64,000 bases of DNA, from positions 928,001 to 992,000 of the forward strand of contig CAVYLP010000006.1 in the NCBI GenBank assembly GCA_963769425.1, in the 5' to 3' direction. Shown piece after piece: positions 1 to 8,617 of this stretch. Each line of letters opens with the position of its first letter. Within the stretch, counting starts at the first letter, position 1. Origin of the DNA: Candidatus Bathyarchaeota archaeon. GTDB taxonomy: Archaea; Thermoproteota; Bathyarchaeia; TCS64. Below the pieces are notes generated by a model. It searched no databases and had not been told where the DNA came from. It saw only the letters and a program-made list of their open reading frames with translations. A program made the translations under genes and the position numbers.

Positions 1-1
1 A

Positions 2-1189
2 CGGTTCAGATCGGTCCACGTCACCGGCACGAACGGTAAGGGCAGCACCTCAGCGATGATCGCAAGCATCCTCCGAGCCGCCGGCTTCAGGGTCGGCCTC
101 TTCACCAGCCCCTACCTGAGCACCTGGAGGGAGAGCATCGTCATCGACGGCGAGAAGATCAGCCAGGATGACGCTACCGGCCTCATGGCGCAGATCAGGT
201 TCGAGTGCGAGGAGACTGAGAAGGCGCCGGGCCTCCGCCACCCTACGCAGTTCGAGGTACTCACCGCCGCCGCCTTTCAACACTTCGCCGAGAGGGGGGT
301 AGACTTCGCCGTCGTCGAGGTCGGCATGGGGGGACGACTCGACGCAACGAACGTCATCAGCCCCGAGGTCGCAGTCATCACAAACGTGAGCCTAGAACAC
401 ACGGCTTGGCTGGGGGACACCGTCCTTAAGATAGCGAGGGAGAAGTCGGGCATCATAAAACCTGGTTGCTCAGTCGTCACCGCGACGACAAACGACGATG
501 TCTACAACCTCCTCCGTGAGAGAAGCCGCGAGGAGGGCGCCACACTCACACGCGTAGGGACTGATGTCACATACGCGACCCAGCAGAGCGACATAGACGG
601 GCAGACCTTCCGCGTCGAGGGCAAGCTCGCGACATACAACCTCTCAACAAGGCTCCTGGGTGAGTACCAAGTGGTTAACGGGGCGACTGCGGTCGCCGTG
701 GCCGAGGCTCTCGTCGGCCGGGGATTCAAGCTATCCCGGCGAGCCATAATCGAGGGGATCAGAGACACAACTTGGCCGGGGAGGCTCGAGGTCGTCCAGA
801 AGAACCCCCTCGTTCTGCTCGACGGCGCGAAGGACGCCGAGGCGGCGAAATCCCTGCGTCGCTCCCTGAGCGTAATCCCCCGTAGGCGACTAATCGCGGT
901 GATCGCGATCAGCGGCGACAAGGACATCCCAACGATGGTCCGGGAGATATGTGGGGCAGCCTATTACGTCATAGCGACGATCCACCGCGTAAAGTCGAGG
1001 ACAGCCGATCCAAGCGTAATAGTCGCGGAGGCCACCAAACTCGGGAAGCCCTCCGAGACCCAGCCAAACGTCGCATCTGCAATAAGGAGAGCACTGGAGA
1101 TGGCCGAGCCTGAGGACGCCATCCTCATCGCGGGCTCCGTCTTCCTCGTCGGCGAGGCCCGTGAACTCTGGTACCCACCAGAACCTTAG
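2..1189 (+). CDS. folC: Folylpolyglutamate synthase / dihydrofolate synthase (5'-truncated by window edge)
   Basis: The frame from nt 2 reads VHVTGTNGKGSTS (P-loop), then FTSPYL, EVGMGGRLDATN, WPGRLE and IAGSVFLVGEA, all FolC motifs. Confidence 0.95.
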   Translation, partial: RFRSVHVTGTNGKGSTSAMIASILRAAGFRVGLFTSPYLSTWRESIVIDGEKISQDDATGLMAQIRFECEETEKAPGLRHPTQFEVLTAAAFQHFAERGVDFAVVEVGMGGRLDATNVISPEVAVITNVSLEHTAWLGDTVLKIAREKSGIIKPGCSVVTATTNDDVYNLLRERSREEGATLTRVGTDVTYATQQSDIDGQTFRVEGKLATYNLSTRLLGEYQVVNGATAVAVAEALVGRGFKLSRRAIIEGIRDTTWPGRLEVVQKNPLVLLDGAKDAEAAKSLRRSLSVIPRRRLIAVIAISGDKDIPTMVREICGAAYYVIATIHRVKSRTADPSVIVAEATKLGKPSETQPNVASAIRRALEMAEPEDAILIAGSVFLVGEARELWYPPEP

Positions 1190-1267
1190 AAGATAAAAAC
1201 TTAGGCAAGAAACGATTTTACTTGAATAATTCCACCTCAGGATGCATCTATCCTATGTTCGCTGGGT

Positions 1268-1963
1268 TTATTGGTCCTTAACCCAGGGGTAGAAGCGGCG
1301 CACGGCCATGATAAGGGGCGTGCCGACGAGCGTCGAGATCGCTATGATTACAGACCTCTCCACTATCACCACTGGGAGCACGGCTAGGAATAGAAGCGGG
1401 CCGGGGCCGAAGAGGGTGAGGAAGAGCAGGTCGCCGAGGAGGTGCCCCGTCATCGTCCCAACGAGACTCACCACGAGGACCCCGATGACGAGCTTCCCCC
1501 TCTCATCTGAGTTCACTAGCTCGGCGGTCTTCCCCCTGAAGACGAGGGCAACTCCTAAGGCCACAATGTGAGGCACGACGGTGATCGCAGCGGCCCTACC
1601 CGTATCCGTCGCGAACCATCCGATGAGCAACACCGCCAGGGGGAGCGAGCCAAGGATCCAACCGGGAACCCCGAAGACCCTCCTCCTGCCAAGGCAAGCA
1701 GCCGAGAAAGCCGCAACCGGGGCAAGGGGCGTGAAGAGAAGCCCGGAACCCCCGCTCGCCATCGCGTTACCTATGATCGCCCCGAGGAAAGCCGCTACGG
1801 GCCCAAAGAACGGTCCGAGGATGAGTCCGTAACTCATCTCCAGACCCCGAACCAAATCGATCTTTGAGTCGGGGACACCGATCACGGGGAAGCCCGGAAG
1901 AAAACTGCCCGCAGCGTAGAGGGCGGCGAAGACGGTCACGAGGGCGAGGATCCGTGTACGCAA
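1268..1963 (-). CDS. ECF transporter S-component-like membrane protein
   Basis: About 6 TM helices; N-terminal FAALYAA and GLILGPFFG..AAFLG pattern typical of S components. Substrate unknown. Confidence 0.65.
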   Translation of the reverse strand: MRTRILALVTVFAALYAAGSFLPGFPVIGVPDSKIDLVRGLEMSYGLILGPFFGPVAAFLGAIIGNAMASGGSGLLFTPLAPVAAFSAACLGRRRVFGVPGWILGSLPLAVLLIGWFATDTGRAAAITVVPHIVALGVALVFRGKTAELVNSDERGKLVIGVLVVSLVGTMTGHLLGDLLFLTLFGPGPLLFLAVLPVVIVERSVIIAISTLVGTPLIMAVRRFYPWVKDQ

Positions 1964-2109
1964 GGATAGGACACCTCATCTCCGAAGTGTCCAATAATTT
2001 AAGGTTTTAAATCTGAGAGGACGGAGGTGCCCCCTTTCTCTCCACTCCTCGGCCTCGCCTCAAAAATAAGCGCTAGGTACCTGGCGTATAAAACGAGTAA
2101 CCCTTACTC

Positions 2110-3384
2110 CTAAAGATCGGAGTCTGCCTTCTTCGCCTTCGATGGCGTGATGACCTTCTGCTCCTGCTTCTCCAACTCGGACTCCTGCATCGCGTGCTTC
2201 AGGTTCCAAGCCGTGACGCTGGGGAGGCCCCAGAGGGCGATGAAGCCGAGGGCGTCACCCTGGTCGTACTTCGTGTTGATGTCGAAGCTCGTCAGGTTGT
2301 AGTCGTAGAGGCTGAACTCGCTGTTCCTCTTCACAGGCTTGGCGGTCCCCTTGTGAAGCTTCATCGTCACCCAGCCCGTCACCTTCTCCTGCGAGCTGTT
2401 GATAAATGCCCCTAGGTCATTCATGAGTGGGTCGACCCAGAGCCCCTGGTAGGCGAGTACCGTCCACTTGTGGTCGATTTCCCTCTTGGTGAGCATCTGG
2501 TGAATGGTGAGCACCATCTTCTCCAGATCCTTGTGGGCAGTGAGGATTATCTCGGCGGCTGGGCACTCATACGTCTCCCTACTCTTCAGGCCGACGGTGC
2601 GGTCCTCCATGTGCTCGATGCGCCCGACGCCGTGCTTGCCACCCTTCTCGTTCAGCTTCTGGAGGATGCTGACGGGGTCCATCTCGACGGCGTCGATGCT
2701 CACCGGGACACCCTTCTCGAAGCCGATTGTGACGAACTCGGGCTCGTCGGGTGTGTCCTTGATCTCCTTCGTCCACTCCCAGACCTCCTTCGGCACCATC
2801 TTGTCGGGGTACTCGAGTACGCCGCCCTCGATGCTCCTGCCCCAGAGGTTCTGGTCGACGCTGTAGGGGCTGTCAACTGTCACCGGCACCGGTATGCCGT
2901 GCTCCTTCGCGTAGACAATCTCCCCGTGGCGGTCGAACTTCCACTCGCGGACCGGAGCGATGATCTTCGTCTTCGGGCTCAGCGCCTTTATGGTGACGTC
3001 GAATCTGATCTGGTCGTTGCCCTTGCCGGTGCAGCCGTGGGCGACGGCGTAGGCGTCCTCCATCTCCGCGACCTCCACCATCTTCTTCGCGATAAGGGGG
3101 CGACTGATGCTGCTGCTGATCGGGTAGCTGTCCATGTAGAGGGCGTTCGCCTTTATCGCGGGGAAGACATACTCCTGCGCGAACTCCTTCTTCACGTCCA
3201 TCGTGTATGCGTTCACGACGCCGAGGCTCCACGCCTTCTCCTCGATCTTCTTCATGTCCTCCTCCTGACCCACGTCAAGGGTGAGGCTGACGACGTCGCT
3301 CTTGTACTGTTCCTGAAGCCATTTGAGCATGACCGATGTGTCTAGGCCGCCGCTGTAGGCGAGCACGATCTTCTTCTTTGCCAT
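2110..3384 (-). CDS. argG: Argininosuccinate synthase
   Basis: LAYSGGLDTS, AHGCTGKGNDQIRF, SVDQNLWGRS and KSRETYECP motifs. Confidence 0.98.
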   Translation of the reverse strand: MAKKKIVLAYSGGLDTSVMLKWLQEQYKSDVVSLTLDVGQEEDMKKIEEKAWSLGVVNAYTMDVKKEFAQEYVFPAIKANALYMDSYPISSSISRPLIAKKMVEVAEMEDAYAVAHGCTGKGNDQIRFDVTIKALSPKTKIIAPVREWKFDRHGEIVYAKEHGIPVPVTVDSPYSVDQNLWGRSIEGGVLEYPDKMVPKEVWEWTKEIKDTPDEPEFVTIGFEKGVPVSIDAVEMDPVSILQKLNEKGGKHGVGRIEHMEDRTVGLKSRETYECPAAEIILTAHKDLEKMVLTIHQMLTKREIDHKWTVLAYQGLWVDPLMNDLGAFINSSQEKVTGWVTMKLHKGTAKPVKRNSEFSLYDYNLTSFDINTKYDQGDALGFIALWGLPSVTAWNLKHAMQESELEKQEQKVITPSKAKKADSDL

Positions 3385-3484
3385 ACGGGTTCCTCTATGA
3401 GATAGCCGTATGAGACTGAGGCGGCAATTTATACATTACGACATATTTGCTTTAAAAGAAGGTATATTTGTTCTATTTAGAACA

Positions 3485-3937
3485 TCACGCTTGTGGCGTC
3501 TCATTCGGCACAGGCGCTGGTTTGGGCTCTTCGGTTCTCTTAAGCCCCGCGATCCTCTCCCTCTCGATTCTCGCTCTCATGAACATGGCTCCAACTACGG
3601 CGCCTATCAAGAGGCTCAACAGGGCATAGATGTCAGTCAGCGTGGCTTCGACGACGATGTTGTATATGAACTCGAAGATATATGCGAGAACGGCAGTGAG
3701 TGTGCCCGTCATTATGTAATCCCTACGTCTAACTCTCGCAACAAGGTACCCTCCGAGGAATCCCCCGCCGATATGCGCAGCAAGATAGACATCCATCACC
3801 ATCGTGTACACGGATTCCCTATCGGCCGGGGCGAGCCCGCCGTACATGAGTTGCAGTATCTGAGAGACTAGGAGGACGGTGCCGAATGCCAGGGCCGCCC
3901 CCGCGAGGTAGTTCCTGAAGTCACGCTCGCTTTTCAA
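3485..3937 (-). CDS. Small 4-TM membrane protein
   Basis: Four hydrophobic segments with GxxxG motifs; TTG start with GAGGTGA SD. Confidence 0.7.
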   Translation of the reverse strand: MKSERDFRNYLAGAALAFGTVLLVSQILQLMYGGLAPADRESVYTMVMDVYLAAHIGGGFLGGYLVARVRRRDYIMTGTLTAVLAYIFEFIYNIVVEATLTDIYALLSLLIGAVVGAMFMRARIERERIAGLKRTEEPKPAPVPNETPQA

Positions 3938-4036
3938 GACGCTTCACCTCTTTAGGGTGGCGCTCCGATATTTAACCCTCCACGGGGTGGGCGTCAAGTT
4001 CTTATCCCCTCTACCCGATCTGCTTCTGGACCCAAA

Positions 4037-4435
4037 ATGGCGTTGGCTGATAGGACCCCCAAGCTCTTAGACTACTTCGCAGGCGCGCTTCTTACAAACG
4101 GCCTAGCGAGCATGGTTATCTATCTAGCGCTATTCGAACCTTTCTTCCAATACCTTCTGATTCCTCTCTGGTGCCTCTCCGCAGGCATCGCCACGTATCT
4201 TGTCTGCATGAGAACTTCAAAGCAGCACCTAATAACAGGGGCGAAGACCGTCGTGATCTCCATAGTCATAGGCGTCTTCATGATCCCAACGCTAGAGGGT
4301 CTTGAGCTCGGTAGCCTTATTCTTATTATCGTTTGTTTCATCATCGGGGGTATCGGAGGTGCGTACTACGCCCTCCGCGAGCAGCTGAAGAGGAAGAAGC
4401 AGTCCGCCGTACCTCCGCCGACGGTTGAGCCTTAA
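4037..4435 (+). CDS. Small 4-TM membrane protein
   Basis: Four hydrophobic segments and a basic C-tail; divergent from a similar-sized membrane gene. Confidence 0.7.
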   Translation: MALADRTPKLLDYFAGALLTNGLASMVIYLALFEPFFQYLLIPLWCLSAGIATYLVCMRTSKQHLITGAKTVVISIVIGVFMIPTLEGLELGSLILIIVCFIIGGIGGAYYALREQLKRKKQSAVPPPTVEP

Positions 4436-4476
4436 CCTTAAATCACCTCTTCACCGCTTACCAATCGGCGAAGGAC

Positions 4477-4893
4477 TTGTACTACGACGTCGAGGTGACC
4501 CCTAAGGATGAGGAGGAGTTCATCGAGAAGGTAGCCCAGAAGATCCACGAGTACGAGATGGAGACCGTAGCCATCCTCCTGCTTGAGAGTAGTAAGCCAC
4601 TCGTTTGGGTCGGCGGGGAGATGGGCCGCTTCTTCATCAGCCCATTCGTGCCAATACTCAGCGAGGATTGGGGCGTCACCAGCGAGAAGTTCTTCCTCAT
4701 ATTCGAGAAGAGGGAGAACGTCGACAAGCTCCTAAAACGCCTCGAAGAACTTGCCCAAGCGGATGAAGCTAAGAGCAAGGAGGAGAAAAGGGCGGCAAAG
4801 GAAAAGAAGGAGGCGGAGAAGGCCGCCGAGGCCGATGGCGGCGAGCAGCCTCATGCAGAGAAGACTGGCCTGCGAAAGCGCCTCCACATCTAG
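4477..4893 (+). CDS. Conserved hypothetical protein
   Basis: TTG start, coding-like codon bias, helical core (AILLLESSKPL) and charged tail; directly upstream of the GlmL-like gene. Confidence 0.7.
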   Translation: MYYDVEVTPKDEEEFIEKVAQKIHEYEMETVAILLLESSKPLVWVGGEMGRFFISPFVPILSEDWGVTSEKFFLIFEKRENVDKLLKRLEELAQADEAKSKEEKRAAKEKKEAEKAAEADGGEQPHAEKTGLRKRLHI

Positions 4894-4952
4894 ACACCTT
4901 TCCCTTTCAGAAACCTTTAATGCTGATGTATCCACAAGTTTTGAGATTCGCG

Positions 4953-6791
4953 ATGCCTACCCTCAAGAAACCCATCGAGGATATGCAGTACATTCTCGCA
5001 ACGGATGTCGGCAGCACCACGACGAAGGCCCGCTTCTTCCGCAAGGTAGACGGCGTGTGGCGCTTCTACGTCGCCGGCGAGGCACCCACCACCGTCGAGG
5101 CCCCCTACGAGGACGTCACACTCGGCGTACAGAACGCCGTGCGCGAGGTCGAGGAGCTAACCGGGCACAAGCTCCTGAACCCGGACGGGAGCGGCCTCAT
5201 CCTGCCCTACGATGGCAAACAGGGCGTCGACCTCTACTGCACGACGAGCAGCGCGGGTGGTGGCCTGCAGATGATGGTCGCCGGCCTCATCAAGAACATG
5301 ACCGCCGAGTCGGCGAACCGGGCAGCCCTCGGCGCTGGCGCCATAGTCATGGATGTCATCGCCCGAGACGACGGTAGGCAGCCCTACCAGAAGATACAGC
5401 GCATCAGGAACCTGCGCCCCGACATGATCCTCTTCGCGGGGGGCACCGACGGCGGAGCGGGGCAGCATGTCATGGAGATAGCGGAGCTGATCAAGGCGGC
5501 GGAGCCCAAGCCACGCCTCGGCGCGAGCTACTCCCTGCCCATCGTATACGCTGGCAACAAGACCCTCAGGGAGGACATATCCAAGCTCTTCAAGGGCGAG
5601 TTCGCGCTCACCTGCGTTGACAACATCAGGCCGACCCTCGAGGTCGAGAACACCGAGCCCGCGAGGCGCGCTGTACACGAGCTATTCATGGAGCACGTCA
5701 TGAGCCACGCCCCCGGCTACAACCGGCTTATGAACTGGACTGACATCCCCATCATGCCGACACCCGCCGGCGAGGGCATGGCTATGCAGCTAATCGCCGA
5801 AACCTTCAAGATCAACGTCCTCGGCGTCGGCCTCGGCGGAGCCACGACGAACGTCTACAGTGTCGTCGATGGGCGCTTCGTCCGAAGCGTTTCCGCCAAC
5901 CTCGGCATGAGCTACAGCGTCACCAACGTCATGAAGGAGGCGGGCATCCCCAACATCATGAGGTGGATGCCCTTCAAGATCGAGGAGGAGGAGGTCGCCA
6001 GCCGCCTGATGAATAAGATGATCAGGCCAACCACGATCCCCCAGACTCTTGAGGACCTCATAGTGGAGCACGCCGTGGCACGCGAGGCGCTGAGGCTCGG
6101 CCTCCAGCACCACCGCACGATCGCGACGCGCCTCAAGGGCGTCCAGACCCAGCGCACAATCAGCGACATGTTCGAGCAGGCCATCGAAGACAGCTACGTC
6201 AAGATGATGACCATCGACGTCATCGCGGGCACAGGCGGGCTACTCAGCCACGCCCCCCGCCGAGTACAGTCCATGCTCATACTCAGCGACGCATGGCTCC
6301 CAGAGGGAATCACAAGGATGTTCCAGGACTCCGTCTTCATGATGCCCCACCTTGGCGTCACGAGCACGGTCTACCGCGACGCCGCTTGGAGCATCTTCGA
6401 CAAGGACTGCCTCGTCAGGATAGGTACCAGCATCGCCGCCGCCGGCACTGGGAAGCTCGGCGACCACTGCATGACCGTAGAGCTGACGATGTCCGACGGC
6501 AAGGTCCAGAAGGAAGAGATGAACTTCGGTGACATCAGGCTGGTGCCCCTCGCGGAGGGGGTAGAGGCGAAGGCGGTCATCCACCCCGCAAAGGCATTCG
6601 ACGTAGGGGAGGGGCCGGGCAAGTCGAAGGAGGCTACAGTCATCGGAGGCGTCGCCGGTATATTGCTCGACGCCCGCGGTCGTCCGCTATACCTACCCGA
6701 AGACAACGCTCAGAGGATGAACCTGCTATACAAGTGGTTCACATCCCTCAAGATGTACCCCGAGGACCCCCTCAAGGAGCTGGTGAAGTAA
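4953..6791 (+). CDS. GlmL/MutL (glutamate mutase L)-family ASKHA ATPase
   Basis: Phosphate-1 motif ATDVGSTTTKA, SSAGGGLQM, GGTDGG, phosphate-2-like VGLGGATTNVYS, SANLGMS and GTGGLLSHAP. TATA-like CTTTAAT at ~4915 favours ATG 4953. Confidence 0.85.
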   Translation: MPTLKKPIEDMQYILATDVGSTTTKARFFRKVDGVWRFYVAGEAPTTVEAPYEDVTLGVQNAVREVEELTGHKLLNPDGSGLILPYDGKQGVDLYCTTSSAGGGLQMMVAGLIKNMTAESANRAALGAGAIVMDVIARDDGRQPYQKIQRIRNLRPDMILFAGGTDGGAGQHVMEIAELIKAAEPKPRLGASYSLPIVYAGNKTLREDISKLFKGEFALTCVDNIRPTLEVENTEPARRAVHELFMEHVMSHAPGYNRLMNWTDIPIMPTPAGEGMAMQLIAETFKINVLGVGLGGATTNVYSVVDGRFVRSVSANLGMSYSVTNVMKEAGIPNIMRWMPFKIEEEEVASRLMNKMIRPTTIPQTLEDLIVEHAVAREALRLGLQHHRTIATRLKGVQTQRTISDMFEQAIEDSYVKMMTIDVIAGTGGLLSHAPRRVQSMLILSDAWLPEGITRMFQDSVFMMPHLGVTSTVYRDAAWSIFDKDCLVRIGTSIAAAGTGKLGDHCMTVELTMSDGKVQKEEMNFGDIRLVPLAEGVEAKAVIHPAKAFDVGEGPGKSKEATVIGGVAGILLDARGRPLYLPEDNAQRMNLLYKWFTSLKMYPEDPLKELVK

Positions 6792-7973
6792 ATGTCAACA
6801 AGGAAACACGAAGCCCCGAAGCACGAGAAGAAGAAGGACGACAAGGAGAGCGGGGAGGCGCACGCCTACACGCCGGGCCTAAAGGTCAAGCGCTCCATGA
6901 CCATTGAGAAGCTGCGCAGACTACCCATTCCCGGTGAGGTCCTCCACAAAGTGGGGGACACAGTCAACTTCGACGCGAAGGTCGCCCGCACAGAGATCAG
7001 CGGTGAGCCGGAGATAGTGAAGGTGGCGATGACCCTAGGGATCGAGCCCGAGGATCTCCCCCGCTTCATGCTGAAGAAGACCGGGGACAAGGTGAAGGAG
7101 GGGGAGAGCATCGCCTTCTACTCTTCTCTCTTCGGCCTCTTGAAGAAGAGCGTCACGAGCCCGAGGGACGGGGTGATTGAGTCGATCTCGGAGGTGACTG
7201 GACAGGCGATCATAAGGGGGTCGCCCATCCCGGTTGAGGTCGATGCCTACTTGCCGGGTAAGATAGTCAACGTTATCCCTCGCGAGGGGGCCGTGGTTCA
7301 GACGCACGGCGCATTCATACAGGGAATCTTCGGCATCGGCGGCGAGACCCACGGCGAGATCAAGGTGGTCGTCGGGGAGAACTCGGACGAGATAACGTCG
7401 GAGAAGATAGACCCAGACTGCAAGGGGAAGGTCCTCATAGGAGGCTCCCTAGTTACTCTCGAGGCAATGAAGAAGGCGGCCCAGGTCGGCGCCGCAGCCC
7501 TCGTCGTTGGCGGCGTCCGCCACCAGGACTTGACCACATTCACAGGCCAGGAGATAGGCGTGGCGATCACAGGGCAGGAAGAGGTCGGCCTCACCCTCAT
7601 CATCACTGAGGGGTTCGGCAGGATGAACATGAACGCTGCCACCTTCAAGCTTCTCAAGAACTTCGAGGGCCGCCTCGCCTGCGTCAACGGCGCCACACAG
7701 ATCAGGGCGGGCGTCCTGAGGCCCGAGATAATCATCCCCCACGAGGAAACGGTAGAGGAGAAGGGCGACACCTTCGCGCTTGGCATGGTCCCCGGGACAC
7801 CCGTGAGGATCATCCGTCAGCCATACTTTGGGGCCATCGGCGTAGTGGACCATCTCCCGGTGGAGCTGCAGGCGATGGAGTCCGAGAGTATGGTTCGTGT
7901 CCTAATGGTGAAGTTAAGCGACGGCACGATAGCGACCGTCCCGAGGGCCAACGTAGAGATAATCGAGGAGTAA
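6792..7973 (+). CDS. GlmL-associated hypothetical protein (barrel-sandwich-hybrid-like N-part, KOW/SH3-like C-terminus)
   Basis: Starts immediately after the GlmL-like stop; motifs HAYTPGL, IQGIFGIGGE, IITEGFG, NGATQIRAGVLRPE and VRIIRQPYFG..G.V. Confidence 0.8.
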   Translation: MSTRKHEAPKHEKKKDDKESGEAHAYTPGLKVKRSMTIEKLRRLPIPGEVLHKVGDTVNFDAKVARTEISGEPEIVKVAMTLGIEPEDLPRFMLKKTGDKVKEGESIAFYSSLFGLLKKSVTSPRDGVIESISEVTGQAIIRGSPIPVEVDAYLPGKIVNVIPREGAVVQTHGAFIQGIFGIGGETHGEIKVVVGENSDEITSEKIDPDCKGKVLIGGSLVTLEAMKKAAQVGAAALVVGGVRHQDLTTFTGQEIGVAITGQEEVGLTLIITEGFGRMNMNAATFKLLKNFEGRLACVNGATQIRAGVLRPEIIIPHEETVEEKGDTFALGMVPGTPVRIIRQPYFGAIGVVDHLPVELQAMESESMVRVLMVKLSDGTIATVPRANVEIIEE

Positions 7974-8047
7974 GGCTCCTTGCAACCGTTGCTTTCCCGC
8001 TTCTATTTTTGGGAAAGTAATTAATCTCCATCGCCGAAGTTAGGGCC

Positions 8048-8617
8048 ATGAAGAAGTCACTTGGAGCCGGGACATTCGCGCTACCCTCGCCCGTCTGGGT
8101 CGTGGGCACATACGACGCCGCCGGGAAACCAAACCTCATGACCGCTGCCTGGGGCGGGATATGCAACTCACGCCCACCTTCGATCTACGTCAGCCTTCGC
8201 AAGGCTACCTATAGTCACGGGAACATTATGGCGACGGAGGGCCTACACTGTCAGCATTCCCTCGGAGAAGTATGTGAGGGAGGCGGACTGGATAGGGATC
8301 GCCACGGGCCGCGAGCGGATAAGTTCGCGACCGCCAAGCTCACCCCCGTCAAGGGATCGGCCGTCGACGCGCCCTACGTGGACGAGTTTCCAGTCGTGCT
8401 CGAATGCCGCGTCAAGGAGGTCTTCGAACTTGGCCTCCACACCCAGTTCGTCGGTGAGATAATGGACGTAAAGGCCGAGGAGAGTGTCCTCAACGCGAAG
8501 GGAGCGATAGACATCGAGAAGGTGAAGCCCATAATCTTCACCGCTAGCGCCGGCACCTACCACGGTGTAGGTAAGAAGCTGCAGGACGCCTTCACGACCC
8601 GGGAGATGAAGAAGGGC
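8048..8617 (+). CDS. Flavin reductase family protein (two compensating frameshifts; 3' end uncertain)
   Basis: PSPVWVVGTYD..GKPNLMTAAWGG, DKFATAKLT and LECRV..HTQFVGEI. The family-like segment AYTVSIPSEKYVREADWIGIATGR lies in another frame between ~8240 and ~8314. As sequenced, the frame runs on to 8860 into the convergent gene. Confidence 0.8.

Noticed and set aside
2470-3345. Long antisense ORFs here and at 8906-9634, 49851-50603 and 61564-62439
   Set aside because: Shadow ORFs opposite well-supported genes, expected from GC-rich third-position bias.
4953-6791. Glutamate mutase pathway or DNA mismatch-repair MutL
   Set aside because: No mutase S/E subunits are in the window, and the protein is ASKHA-fold, unrelated to GHKL MutL.
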